64,000 nucleotides of DNA from Microthyrium microscopicum. Lineage: Eukaryota. Position numbers and translations under genes: made by a program. The notes beneath the pieces were generated by a model that did no database searches, was not told the DNA's origin, and saw nothing but the letters and a program-made list of their open reading frames with translations. How positions within the stretch are numbered: position 1 is the first letter of the stretch; every line of letters starts with the position of its first letter. Positions 49,604-63,078 of the stretch are shown here, piece after piece. The DNA is taken from the NCBI GenBank assembly GCA_010405405.1, contig MU004231.1:1805784-1869783 (forward strand). The letters run 5' to 3'.

Positions 49604-52600
49604 GATTGCGAGTTTCGAGGGTGGCTTTTGATATGAAAGTACTTCAGAGAGTTTCTACACGTTTTATTGTCAGTGAAACATCCAACAATGGCTGAAAGTG
49701 GGACAAGTAGCAGATAGCAGCCAAGTTATACAGTGGGGTGGGTTGTCAACAACAGGGGCTGTATGATGCATGAAAGGAAAACAGGAACGAAATATAGAGC
49801 GTCACATACCGATTGGGCGAGGTTTATGACTTGGAAAAGGTAGAAAGAGAGAAAAGGGATAGATAATGGGTGGCAGGAGACTATATTTTATCTTTGATCG
49901 GGGAATATTGGAAGAGAAATATGGGCTAGACGCGATTGACAGCAACCAGAGGCGGCAAGAGCAACCCACCCACTGTGCAAAATGCTGCAGGGAAAGAGCG
50001 ATGCGGTGTAGAGCTAATTGAGCCAATCGCAGTCAATCTTGCTGCAGGTCAAGCATCGTTCTTGCCAAACTCCCTGTTCGTTCTTGCAGATTCGGACGGC
50101 AGGGTTCAAGCGGGAGCTAGCATAATTACTTGCTTACTGTGTCACTTTCCTCTGCTTGATTAGACCTGTTCTAGCCAAGTTTGGACATTTGCTCTGTCTT
50201 ACGTGCTTATGTCATGATCTTCTGCATTGACTCCTGGACTCTCCTGCATGCGTCTTGTCTCTTCCTCAATTGATGCCCGGCTTCGGGACTTGTCTACTTG
50301 TGGAGTTATCTACTAGGTAGGTATTTCTAGGCTGCATTACAACGCTTGCCTCTTGTATCGTTACCTCATACCGATAGAGTGTACAATCTTGAGATGATTC
50401 TGTACTGCGCCACCATCGACGACGACGACCATGTACAAAATCAGGCCATTCTTCCATCATCTAGAGTACTGGCTGCATTCATCGCGCTTTACGGGCCTTT
50501 CCGATCTTGATCTACTGTCAATATCATCCGTTACTCGCATTAGCTACCATTGCCAAGACATATCAAACCTGCCATACAATAGCCATCTGCGCCTGAACCT
50601 TGCCTTTCCCTCGACATGTCGCACTAAAATGCAGCAAGAGTTGGAATTTCATTGAGATACGATTGAACTTCGATACCCTGTGGTTGCTTTGGTTGATGAC
50701 AAGCATATCCCCAAGCGCCATCAACAACCTCGCGATGTAGGGACGCTTCGAGTATTCTTGCCTGATCATTCATCGAGAAGAACAGCCATCATGACACACT
50801 CGTCAAAGTCGCCGACTACTGCCTAGTCCTCATCTTGTCCTGCCTGGCATCTGCAGTAGGCTTTCGGAGCACAGCACCGACATCAAATATTGAAAGCTCA
50901 TTGTTGACTCGATTACAGGCTCGAGGCTAGCAACTTCATCAATCAATCAGGAGTACAGGTACCACCAATTCAAGCTTGCTCCAGTCAGGCTTTCTTAGGC
51001 TGACTTAGGCATCTTGGGGTAGAGTGTTGAGAGTGATTGACATATGTGCCATGCTCAGGCATTGAAATGAAGTCGGGCCTCAGGAATCTTGGCTCGTATG
51101 GCCACTGATAGCACCACATGCTGATTTGCACAGGCTTTGGATGATCCCTATCCAACAATAGCCTTTACATCATGGGCCATTATCTCTCCATATGAGCGGA
51201 ACCGCATTTCCAGCTGCAGAGGGAAGTTGGGACATACCTCGCTCTCAAATGCTCATTGATATCGATAACAACCATTATGCTGGACATCAAGACAATCAAA
51301 CAGAATCGAGCGTCACTCGTAGTCTCGACACTTGACCATATTCAATTTTCTACACAGGGTGAGCCAAAGTCATTGGTCAACATGAAAATTTACACTGGAC
51401 CTCGGAGCAAGATCAAACTTCATAGAGAAAATGGAAAGATACCTTGGATACTTAGGTATATATGGAAGCTGGACGCAGACGAACTCAAGGTGAAAGAAAA
51501 CCGAAACCACTAATCCAGAACGCTAGGATCTACATCCGGGATTTGTACGTTACCGATTACTCCTTGTCAAAATTACAAGTACAGTGGAGGTAGACATGCC
51601 CTATTGCTGTCTTTGGTAGGTTAGCGGGCTTGAACAAGTTCCAGATCATGTTGGCAACAAAGTTTCTCTCATACTCGTCTCCCACATAGACGAAAATCTT
51701 TATCAAGAACACCCACAGAAGAGTATTTTATGGAATCCATTTGGATCTGATTCATAGAGTCTTGACACATACGACAGAATCAGGAATAGCGGAACCAATG
51801 CGAAAATGCAATCTCAGGTTTGTTCATATCCAGTGACTGGATTCCTGGCGGATTCAGTGCTTTGAACTTGGAGCGACTTCAACAGCATCAATCACAACAA
51901 AATGCCGCACCGGAAGCTCAAGACGAATAGATGCTATTCATTTCTGTGTTATGGACTATTGCAAGCGTAAATAATTCAAACATTTATCAAATAGTGTTAC
52001 CTGTAAACGAAAGTCAGGGCCACAGCACAGGCCATGCTGTTTATCGTATCCATCTCCAGCCAACAGGATCCAAGGATTTAATACTGATTAGATTCATCTT
52101 GGCTTACCGGTAGCTATTTTGGACAGATTTTAATCACAGGGATGAAAACACATGGGAACCAATCTGTCGGTGGTCATGTCCAGACGTCAAATCCCCAATG
52201 AAGACTAGAAAGAGATCATGGGTGGCTTGCAACATCGTTCCCTGTCAATCAACAATCAAAAGCATCAGTTCCTCGGTGCATTATATTTCAACTGTCCACT
52301 AGAGGGATCTGCTCACAAGGTCCTCGCCATGGAAAGGAAGGGCAGGGCCAATTCATATACATATGCATGATTTCTCCCATACCTCTTGCTGCGATGCTAG
52401 CCATCTTAGGAAACTTTACAGGGGATATGAACTATCTATGAAACGTGCATTCAATATCCGTTCAGATGTAGCGAGACCATCCTTCCAGCAAAATCAAACT
52501 CCACTTGCCATCTATCTTCCCCACACTCTTATCCAAGACCTCACGATCAGACTGATCGATAACCACTGGAACAATCAAATCTGCAATCTCACCACTTGCT

Positions 52601-52780
52601 CGACATCATTCAAGGACTATTCGATTTTGCATGACGCTTTTATAGACTGGACCTGGAGCACTCCATGTGTGTCTAGCTCCATTAACTTGGTCGCTTGGTA
52701 GCGATCGCCACCTAGGGATACAGTTTTGCTGCGAGTCATATTAGAGATCTTAGCAGTGGGAAAGAATTCCAATCGCTAGT

Positions 52781-55322
52781 ATGGATCAACAAAAAGATTC
52801 AAGACATGAAATGTCAAATCTACAACCAACCGCGGCAGCGTCGAACGAAGAATCTTCAAGTCGACGAGAATCTACACGGTTCTCACAATCCGATATTCAC
52901 GTCGCTGATGGCTTCCGTCCTCCTGCTACAAGCAATCCACCGAGAGAGGCCACAAGACCAACTCCGAGTCGCTCATTCTCTACACCTTTTGTTAGCAGTG
53001 AACAAAGAAACAGCACGTCCAAGGATGTTGGCATGGCTGTCAGCGATGAATCGATAAGTCCAGTAAGTTTGGACGAACAGCCTTTTGATCCAAATACATC
53101 GCGTTTTATCACTCGATCCTCGAGTTCAGCCTCTATCGAAACTACCGGGAGTCCATATCACTCTCGAATATCTCGAATATCATTTTCATACCCCAGAAGG
53201 CCGTCAACAGCTACTCCAACCGGCTCAAGACCAGCCCATCCATATGCTCTCTATCAGCAAACAACTTTTGAGGAACCAGAGGATGAAGAGGAAGAAGAAG
53301 TAGCCACACCGCCTGTAGGATTTCCAGGAAGATCCGTCAATTTTAGGCGGCGGATAGGACCAGATGGAGAAGAGCTGGACGTGATAGGTCCAGATGGGCA
53401 TGCTGAACAATTACCTCCATACACAAGATACCCAGAAGCTGGTCCACTACCAGCGAAACAGGCAGCGCAGGCTACACAAGTTGCAAGAGCCGCTCCAGCT
53501 ATGGAAGAGGGTGAAGCTAGCAGTGTTGCACAAGTTTCTCCATTAATAGGTGCAACAGTGCTTCCACCAGAAGCATCTACCTCGAGTATAAGCTCATCTT
53601 CCTCGCATCGACCTTCACAGCCGAGTCCCTTACAAACGTCCTCCACCTTTCTAGCTATGGGACATTCACAACCACAGCCTTCTCCCGTATCTCAAACGCC
53701 AACATCCTTAAGACCACCTACTCATACGGACACTAATGAGTCACGAGCGGTTCGAAGTTCTGCATCCTCCTTAGCAGAGGAAAAGAGAAAGAACGCCCCT
53801 CCAGAAGGATGGGGTCGAAAGAAAAGTCGCAAAATTCTTTGCGGTACAGTCCCAGTATGGGCCGTAGTACTGTTTGCTGTTCTTTGCGTAATAATAGCAG
53901 TTATAGCAGGAGGCGTGATAGGTGGTATGATGAGCAATCAACAGAAAGAGAGAAATAGGCAGTGAGTCCTCCAAATTGTTTTCGAATATATAGATATGTG
54001 TATCAATAGCGCTAACACACCATAGTCGCAACTCCGACGAGAACACAGTAACAGTCACGAATCATGGCCCAATGTTTGACGCCGCCCCTATTCCCACGCC
54101 AACAGGATTACCACCATTACCCACAGGAACATTCTTCTTTCCCCTTGGCGCACCAGGAGAGCAGGAGCGGAGATGTATTGAGCCCTCGAGGGACTCGACA
54201 GCATGGAGTTGTGGTGTCACCAACCAACTTTTACTCATCGATTTTGGAAAGGAGACCAATTCGAGAAATCCAATCGCCAAAATATATCCTGCTCCTCCAG
54301 CTGCCGGGATGAACGATAGCATCCTATACGGAGCACAGCCTCCCAAAATCACAACCACCCAAAGACTCGTCTGGGTCAAGGATCTCCGAGACGAAGATCG
54401 AGGCCCAGCTCTTCATTTCCAAACGACATACGACAAAATCATAATCATCGAGGGCGACAAATTCCCCTCCCCCGAACTCCATCTTCGCAGCCTAGATCTC
54501 AAAGCCCGCAACAAACGAGCCGAATCACCAGTCAAGCGCGACTACAACGGCCCACCCCCATCCATGTCCTCCCATTCCAGTCCCGCCCTCCACCGCTTCG
54601 CAGACTCACCGGGCGAACAACCCTGGTACTGCTTCTGGAACCAAACCTTCATCGAAGGCTTCATCTACATCCAACAGCCCATTCCCGGCGCCGAAACCCA
54701 AGAATTCACCGCATCTCGCCCCAGCACCGAATCAACCTACCCAACACCCTACCTCTCCGCCTCACCGTCCTCCGCGCCTGACCAAACCAGCCTCTCCTCC
54801 TCCATCATGATCCCAGACGCCACACCCTCACCTATGGTGTCCGCCCGCGCCATCCTCGCCCGCACACCCGCTAAACCATCCTCCATAACTCTCCCGCCCA
54901 CCGTCGCGCCACAACCTGTGCCCGCACCCACCGATCCACCATCCCGCTTCCCCTTCCTCATCAAGATCGAAGAGCGCCGCCTCCCAAACCCCGCCTTCAC
55001 GCCTTTCTGCCAACGATTCCGGATCCTGCCCAACGGCGTCAGAGAACCACAGACAGATGAGCACGGGAACAAGGTCGTGGAAATCATCAAAGAAGCGCCA
55101 GGCGGAAAAACAGACGCCCAAGTGACCGCGGGTGTAGCACAAGGAACGTCAAACCACCAGAAGAAAGGGTATCAAAGCAATGGCGGTGCTGGAAGCGAAT
55201 ATGGGAAAGTGAGGAGGCGGCAGGTGGGAGAGTGGGAGATGGGATATGATGGGAATGTGGTGAGACGGAATGCGGAGCCGAGTAATAGCTGTCATTGTCA
55301 ATGGGTGAGTCCCTATGGCTAG
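52781..55322 (+). CDS. Single-pass membrane protein: disordered cytosolic N-terminus, TM helix, conserved fungal C-terminal domain (DUF7820-like), 2 exons
   Basis: HPYALYQQ, RRRIGPDGEELDVIGPDGHAEQLPPYTRYP, TM VPVWAVVLFAVLCVIIAVIAGGVIGG; after the intron PTGLPPLPTGTF, AWSC, PWYCFWNQTFIEGFIY, KIEERR, CHCQW. Confidence 0.75.
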
Positions 55323-55861
55323 ACAGCAAGTGAAAAGATTATGGCCCGGAGCGGGGCAGAGAGAAAGAGTTTCAGACCGTTGCGACGTTTTGTATGATGT
55401 TATGTTTTGCATAGTGGGCGAGAGCCCCTGGTTTGCGCGTTGGGGTGCATTTGTTAGCCATGTATATCCCACAGTGCGTTGGGTTTGGCGTGTTTATTCT
55501 AATTTTCGCTTGTATGAGTCTATGGTAGGGGGAAAGATGATAGAGACGAGTTCTGGTTTGGGGATATTTGAGCATTACCAGAGTTGTAGATTAAAGAAAG
55601 CTACTCATACACAGGTAGTTTGAAATGCCAAAAAACAGATATAAACATCAACATCAACATCAACTTCTCTTGAGAGGTTTAATGTGACTTCTTGAGACGA
55701 CTGTAAAGATACGATGGCTTCTAGAACGGTTGATTTCTCCAGGACTCCTGGCTAACGCTATGCTTAATCTCATCGATCAAAATGCTCTCTGAAACTGTCC
55801 AACCTCTTGCACTATAATGCTTAGCTCGCAGTCTGCATCAAGCAACCAACCTATGCCGACA

Positions 55862-57314
55862 CTACTCCACCCAAGTCGAATCCAACTTCAATTTAAAGCC
55901 ATCCATCAAAGCCTTAGCATCCTCATCCGGCGGCCCAATTCGCAACTCCAACTGATCCGCACTATCATCCACCACAGCCAACTTCTCATAAGCCTGGCTA
56001 TTCAGTCCGACCATACCAACGCCATCGCGCTTCGCCCGCTTGGGTCGCATCTGTATACGCTTTCCAACCGGGTATATATAAGCCGCCTTTTGGCGTTTCG
56101 GACCGCGGCCCTTTTCACGCAACGTATCATGCAGCGCCATAGCCACAGTATCATTCCACGCCGATCCATCTTCTGCATCAAACTCCAATTGATGGAACGT
56201 CTCGTAAGGCCGCAGCTTTTCGTACCGGAAGAATGGATCTGCGAGTTCCGGATCCTCCTCATCAATGCCTTCGGTGTAGAGATCGGGTGCGTCAGCGTCG
56301 GCATCGTATACGTCGAATTTGCGCTTGAGACGCGGGATGACTGCTGTAGTGTCACCCTGTGGGAGGTAGACGGTGAAGTGGACAAGAGGATCTCTTGGTT
56401 TGGGATAGCGTGTGGGATCGGCCTCGTTTTTTGCAACGGCGGCTTGATATGTGGCGACCTCTTCATCGGTGTGGGTGGGCATGAAGACGGCGTGGTCGAG
56501 GCGTGGATCGTAGTTGCCTATCGAGGGGTTGCCGTTGTATTTTACGACGATGTAGGAGCCCGTATCGCCTAGGGCCGCGAGATCGGGGAGGATGGGGTAC
56601 GAGTCGAGCACTGTGAGATTCTTCTTGGTGGGATGCTCGGGTTTGTCCCAGGCGCGTCGTTCGGCTGGGCTAATTTCGTTGCCGCGGATGTGTTGCATAT
56701 CATCTGGTCCAGTGTAGGCATCTTCTGGATATGCGAGATTGAAAGACTTTTCGATCTGGCGCAGCATGGCGGCCGGATCGTTCTTGTTCGCAGCTTTCTC
56801 CGGCGCAGGTGGTTTCCGCATCCCCGCTGATCTCGCTGCAGCATTGTTTGATCGCAGTGGATTTGAGACCGTGATATATTCCGTCCGCCGAAGAAAGGAG
56901 ACACTCTGTTGCGCCGCGGAGGATTTTCCCAACGAAGCAAGCGGCTTCAGCAGTATACGGTCGCGAGGATCTAAAGGCGGTGGACGGTCTGGGAACATAA
57001 TGGCTGGTTCCGTGTTAGTATTTACTTTAAGAGAGCCGTGTAGGAGAAGACCAACATTTGTCATCTCCATCGAATACGCCTGGCATGCCCACCAGGTCAA
57101 TGTTCATCCCCAATTCGGCATCGGCCTCAATGTTCAAAGTTTGATCGCGAACAAGACGCGACGCGAAGCTTGCAGAAGTGTATTGGCCACTAGCCAGTCC
57201 AGAATTTGCGATCTGTAGGAGTTTTGGCGCGAAGGGCGGAGGAGGAAGCGCATTGGAATATCTGATGCGCGCGATGTAATCCTGGTGGTAACCAGGATTT
57301 CTATTACTCGACAT
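55862..57314 (-). CDS. PAF1: RNA polymerase II-associated factor Paf1, 2 exons
   Basis: HQDYIARIRYSNALPPPPFAPKLL, EADAELGMNIDLVGMPGVFDGD, LDPRDRILL, VSFLRRTEYI, HPTKKNL..LDSYPILPD. Confidence 0.92.
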
Positions 57315-58032
57315 TTTGAGATGTGGTTGATGAGCAAGGGTTTGTGGTAGAGAGTTGAAGAAGTAGAGGATGGTATGGAAGAAGTCTTCAAGATGGGGAG
57401 GTTAATGAAGTTGTCGCGAGTTGAATGTTGAGAAGGGTCGATATTCTTCACTGCAGACCAGTGCAGAGGTGAATGCCAAGACTTGAAGTAAGCGCGAGCC
57501 ACCTGTTTCAAGCCACGTTTTCACGCTATAAGGCTGAAACACAAAACCTCAGCCTTGTCTTAGCCGCGATAACGTCAAGTTACACTGCGCGACAATTATA
57601 TGGCGCTGAAAGCCTTTTGGCATGTACAAAAAAGCTATGACGGTACATGCTCAGAGAAATTGCATATATACGCCATCTCGACCATGAATGTGCCTAGCGC
57701 GGAGAGGCAATGGTGGCGTGCATAAGTTCCGTTTTCGAAGCGAATCTGTACTCCAAACTCACGACAGCCAAGATAATAGACTCAGCATTAAACTCTTTGC
57801 TGGAACATATTTAAGATACATTTTGTTCCCTATAAGCGGCCGGAGATGTATAACATGTGAACGAATAGAGCCTTGGCATCGGCTGAGAGCTACCGGAGCC
57901 ATGCGGTTATTGTCTCCCGTCCTCAAAAGTATATAGACCATAACCACTCACATGGGAATTATGGCCAACCCAGCAACAACCTTATAAACCTTCCAATCAA
58001 TTAGCGGGACTCTAATCAAACAAATCACAAAC

Positions 58033-59487
58033 ATGGCCTCCAACGGAAACGGCAGCACAAGCTACCGCCCAACCAAGAAAACCCAACTCGCCCAACAGCA
58101 AGTATCCTCACACTCCAAGCCCCAATCCCACCTAACAAAGACATCCAGATATGACGCCCGCGACAACAAACTCCACCTCAACGAAATCCCCATCCCCACC
58201 CCCGGCCCAAACCAACTCCTCGTAAAAATCGGCTGTGCCTCCCTCTGCCACTCAGACGTAATGCTCTTCGAGCCCAACGACGCCGGCCTCGTCTTCGCCG
58301 ACGACCCGGAGCCCATCACCATCGGCCACGAAGGATCCGGGTGGGTCGCCGGCCTAGGCGCAAACGTCACCAACTTCAAAGAAGGGGATGCGGTAGGTTT
58401 TTTGCCAGTGTCGGCGTGCTGGGAGTGCGAGAAGTGTAGAAAGGCACATAATTTTTGGTGCGTCAATGGGCCGAAGATGAATGGGTTTGCGAGTCCGGGC
58501 TTTTTTCAGGAATATGCGGTTGTTGATGCGCATGCTGCGATGGTGTTGCCGAGTGGGATGGATCCGAGGACGGCGGCGCCGTTGTTTTGTGCGGGGGTTA
58601 CGAGTTTTCATGGGGTGGATGATTGTGAGTTGAAGCCGGGGCAGTGGATGGCGATTATTGGGACTGGTGGGTTGGGACATTTGGTATGTTTATCCTTAGA
58701 TGGGTGTGGTGATTGTGATGGGTGATGTGATGCTAACGGTGAAGAAATAGGGCGTACAGTATGCGAAAGCCATGGGATTGAAAGTTATTGGTCTTGACAT
58801 TTCGGATGCTCAGTTGGAGACTGCGAAACAGTCTGGCGCAGACTATGTCTTCAATTCGATGACGGATAAGGACTATGTTAAGAAGATATTGGAACTTACG
58901 GATGGTGGTGTTGATGCTGCGGTTAACTTTACAGCGTCTAAAAAGGTTCGTGCCATGCGTGGAAAACGTGGAGATGCAGCTAATGGTGTACCTAGGCATA
59001 TGAGGACTCCCCAGCAATTATCAAGTAAGTGGTACAGCAGGCCATCCATGTGTTTATGCTAACGTTTGTTTAGAACCGGAACTGGGCTTCTCATGTTTGT
59101 TGGAATTCCAACCCAGCCTGTGGGACTAAATGCTGTAAGTAGCGAACATGGAACTGTTGAGCGGTTGCTGACTATCCTAGCTTGACGTTGCCATGGGTCG
59201 ATATAGAATTAAAGGTTCTAACAACGGAAGTGAGTATCAAAAATCCTTCACAGATATGGAATATGTGTTGACAATTTTTAGCACCCAACAACCTCAAGCC
59301 AGCTATTGAGTTTAGTGCAAAGCACAACATTACACCTCATCTTACACTATTCAAATTGGAAGAATTGCCTAAGATGATCCAAATCATGGTAAGTCATCTT
59401 TGGATTATTCTTGTGATACATGAACTGACATGCTTGAAGCACGACAATAAGACTCAAGGGCGACTAGGAGTACAATTTGTATCATAG
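58033..59487 (+). CDS. Zinc-dependent medium-chain alcohol dehydrogenase (multi-exon)
   Basis: ASLCHSD, IGHEGSG, structural Zn CWECEKC...C, APLFCAGVT, GTGGLGHLG; several small 3' exons ending GRLGVQFVS-stop. Confidence 0.92.
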
Positions 59488-61224
59488 AATCGAAACAGAA
59501 CCAAATAGAAAGTATGAACTCTGAACTACCGGGCCATTGATGGTACAAATTGGTAATAACCGAGCCTACAATTGCCAAAAATCAGTAGGGCGATTGTAAG
59601 TCTGCAGTGATATGAGATGTATGAAGGACGAAAGACGGGAGTTGATTGTTTTCTTTTGCCTTGCAAACGTCATTGCCTCTCTTTATGCATGAAACGGCAT
59701 ATACGATCCAATGGATAGTGAAGTATTTAGAATGTTCCTAGTACTTGAATGGGAACAGGCCGGGCTAATGGTTAGCTGCGTAGAGTAACAAGGGTGGTCA
59801 AACAGCGGTGAGCTTGCTAGAAATTGTTGTGTATGCTGAGATCGCCCTCTAAATCCACCATATCCTTACATTTCTTTGATAAGATAGGATCCCAAGAGTT
59901 TCATATTGGCTATATGAATGTTCTGGAAATAGAATTGCTCTAAAGACGGGACCAAAGTTAAACTCCACACTTTAAATCTCCACACATGAAACGACACCGA
60001 GGACTTGTATTTCAACGGAGATTTGAGTTGCGCATCGATCATTCTTTGGGCAAAGAGTTTGAAATGGGCATAAGCCTTAAGGTTGATATGATCCTGGCGA
60101 TATGACGTTCATTAATGCGCAACATGCAGAGCCTGATGGGAAAGATGGCTAACTACTGAGTTGTCAATTGCCTGAAAAGCAGGGTGACGTCACGGGCATT
60201 TTGACAGCCGAGGATCCACTCTCGCGTTTCTACTTCGCGGTCTTACTTCTGACCAGTAGTTACCTGTAGCATGCGACCCAACTGGGTAGAGACACGCAAG
60301 ATCCGTGCCGGACCTACAGCCGTCATCGCGCCGTCAATGCTTCTATGCGGCAGCTTGGTCGATTTGGACACAAGCGCATTCTCCTGTTAGTCTCCTCTAG
60401 GGGTCCTGACTGGCGATCAACTTGAAGAGTGCATCGTGGGGTTGGATGCGCGACTTTCTCTAGACTTGAAGTGGTCAGGAAGGGAGAAGAGCGTGGCTAA
60501 ATAGGGCAGCAGCTTTGACAATTAACCGGTATCGATCCTGAATACTAGGGAAGGAAGGACCCAAGGATAAACCGACACTCAAATTACCGCGAATGCTAGG
60601 ACTACAGGAGGGTAGACGGTCGCAACTCCCTTTTTGAGAGACAGTATTAAATTGAACATCATCTCCACATCAAAGATCGCGTGGGAGCACATCGTGAATC
60701 CGACCTTACATACTTCTTCCTACCTACGATTACATACACCACTATCGACCATCTTACATCTTGCAACTTGCAACTTGCATCTATCTCTTTGAGCTCTCTC
60801 ATTACCTGAGCCAATTGTAACCATTAGTACTATTACTTTTTCCTCTTTAATGTCCAAGTGTCATACCGCCGCATTCTTGTTTCACCTGCCTCTTTCCTAA
60901 AACCAGGCTTCACTAGCTTCTCTTCTACGAGCTTCTTCTTCTTCCTACCCACCCCTCCTAGCGTCTGGCGCAAACCATCTTCGCCCGGTACAGCTCACCA
61001 TCTCCCTCCGAATCCCTGCTATTCATACTACAAAGAGCTCGCCCACTGTCTTCTGAGTTCTCACCCACTTCTCTCAGTACAGTATTGCGCCCAGCTAGAG
61101 ACATAAATTTCCCGGATTTCTTTACGAACCAGAAAGTTCGATACAGAGATCCTCCTCTCATAATTTACCAGCGTTAACGACCAGGCAACTAGTGGCGCCA
61201 CTGTCCCACCCACAACCCGCGAGC

Positions 61225-62558
61225 ATGAATTACTCAAACATGATAGAGGAGAAAAACCTCAAAGTAAGCGCTAATCCAATCGCAACCTAAACCGTTTTGC
61301 TGACCATAATACAGAAAACCTTCATTATAGCTACACTTGTATCTACACTGATAGGAACTTTTACAACTGGCATAGGCCTCTACGACCGTATTGGCGAAAA
61401 GCGCAAGCAGGGAAAAATCGACAAAGGTCAAAATGTACAACTCAAGGAACTTCAAGCCAAAGTCGACAAAATGGGAAAGGAAGGGCCTGAAAAACCAGCA
61501 ATAAAGGAACGACCTGAAAGAGGCGAACAAGAGCTTCAGAGATCCCTAGAATATGGTGGACCCATGATCCGCCAGGAATACAATCACGACCTTGCGCGGC
61601 TCGGCCCACGCTTCGCTAACGGCGATGGTATGTATAACACGAACAGATATACCCACCAAGCCTTACAACTTATTCTGACATCTTGGCAGCCATAACCCAA
61701 AATCAACTCCAAAGCCAAATCATAACCCTCCAAGGCACCGTCATAGGCCTTCTCGAAGACGCCGTTTACACTGGTCGTCTCGATAACATCAACAAACTCT
61801 ACAACGCCTCCGAATTCGCCCGCGAAGGCAGTCTCAACGCTCTCCGCGGCCAGTACCAGCGCATGCTCCAAGCCGCGCCCGTCCAACGACCCATAGGCCC
61901 AGTACGTAGAATATCATCCACGCCCACCATCCGCAGCGATGCCCACAAATCCATCAAAGGAGCACACTCTACCAAAACAACCCGCGCACCATCCAAAGCA
62001 CCCACCCGCTCCATCACAGAAGTACACGTTGAGAACGATCCTGCACCGCGCGAAGCAGACAAGCCAGACGCCAACAACAGTTTAGTTAAGGAGACAGCTG
62101 CTCTTAGTGTAGCAGACCATTCCGGTCCACTGTTCTGTAGGTACGCAGTAGACTTGCAGGAAACATCCATGCCCCTCGAAGCATGCTTCAGCTCCGGCGG
62201 ATCCGGCGCTTGTCCGCTGTGCGGCACAAAGATAGGAACAGAAGCCGGCCGCGCGTGGAAAATCGACAAGGAAGTTGTGCACGAGCGCGTGCGCACAAAA
62301 GACTATGACGATGAAGTCGTGGAAGAGCGAACATTCCTCATCAACAACCGCTTCGTTGTGAAGAGCCACAGGGAGAAGGCGGGCTTTGCGTGCGTGTTGT
62401 GCTACAATCATCGTGAGAGAGATACGATTTGCGAGAGCGTGGCGGGATTGGTGAGACATGTGTGGCAGAGGCATGATGTGAGTGAGTTTGAGGCGGAGCC
62501 AGATATTAGGGAAGTGTCGATGTTGGAGGAACGGGTGACTCAGAAACGGGACCGGTAG
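61225..62558 (+). CDS. Conserved hypothetical fungal protein with C-terminal Cys/His (zinc-finger-like) region, 3 exons
   Basis: MNYSNMIEEKNLK|KTFIIATLVSTLIGTFTTGIGLYDR, IRQEYNHDLARLGPRFANGD|AITQNQLQSQII; C-terminal FCRYA, CPLC, KSH, FACVLC, LVRHVWQRH. Confidence 0.75.
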
Positions 62559-63078
62559 AACTGGAGGAGCACTAGGAAGGTGGATTTTGTATGATTAGTA
62601 TGATTAATGACTCGACTCCTAAGAATGCACATAGTTCTTTATGCTTCGGCTGCTGTACCATAAGCTTGTACCCGGGATGAGAGAACACCTATTGGGAACG
62701 TATTGGGCTGGCTTGAAGAGTGCTGGACGATTTTTCGCCATCGCCGAAGTTATAGCATTGAAAAATCTTCACGATTGATTATAATGCCAAACACGAACAT
62801 CACGAATGATCCCCTAACCCAGAATCAATTCCTTTCCATGGGTATTTTAACTCGTAAGGCTGAACACAAGGCTGTGATACGCTATCATTGGCGGTGGCGT
62901 TTGGTACCCCGTCAAAGCTTAAGACCTTCTTCCCTTGTGATCACCAGCTTCTTTCTTTCTCCTCTTCTAGTTTTCTTCAATTGTCCCTTTTTGTATACTC
63001 TACTTCACTCGCTATTACTTCCAAGAGTATGATTATCGGATAACCAATTGGCATCCTTCAAAGCCCCACCGGCGTACA

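Noticed and set aside
49720..49770. SRE-like CACCCCAC and ATCATAC elements upstream of ERG13
   Set aside because: Only partial matches to short motifs; cannot be told from chance without conservation data.
50200..52700. Possible degraded gene or transposon relic in the 2.5-kb gap between ERG13 and the membrane-protein gene
   Set aside because: Only short ORFs; no terminal repeats, transposase/RT motifs or consistent splice model found.
55817..56572. 251-aa plus-strand ORF
   Set aside because: Antisense shadow of PAF1 with no protein-like features.
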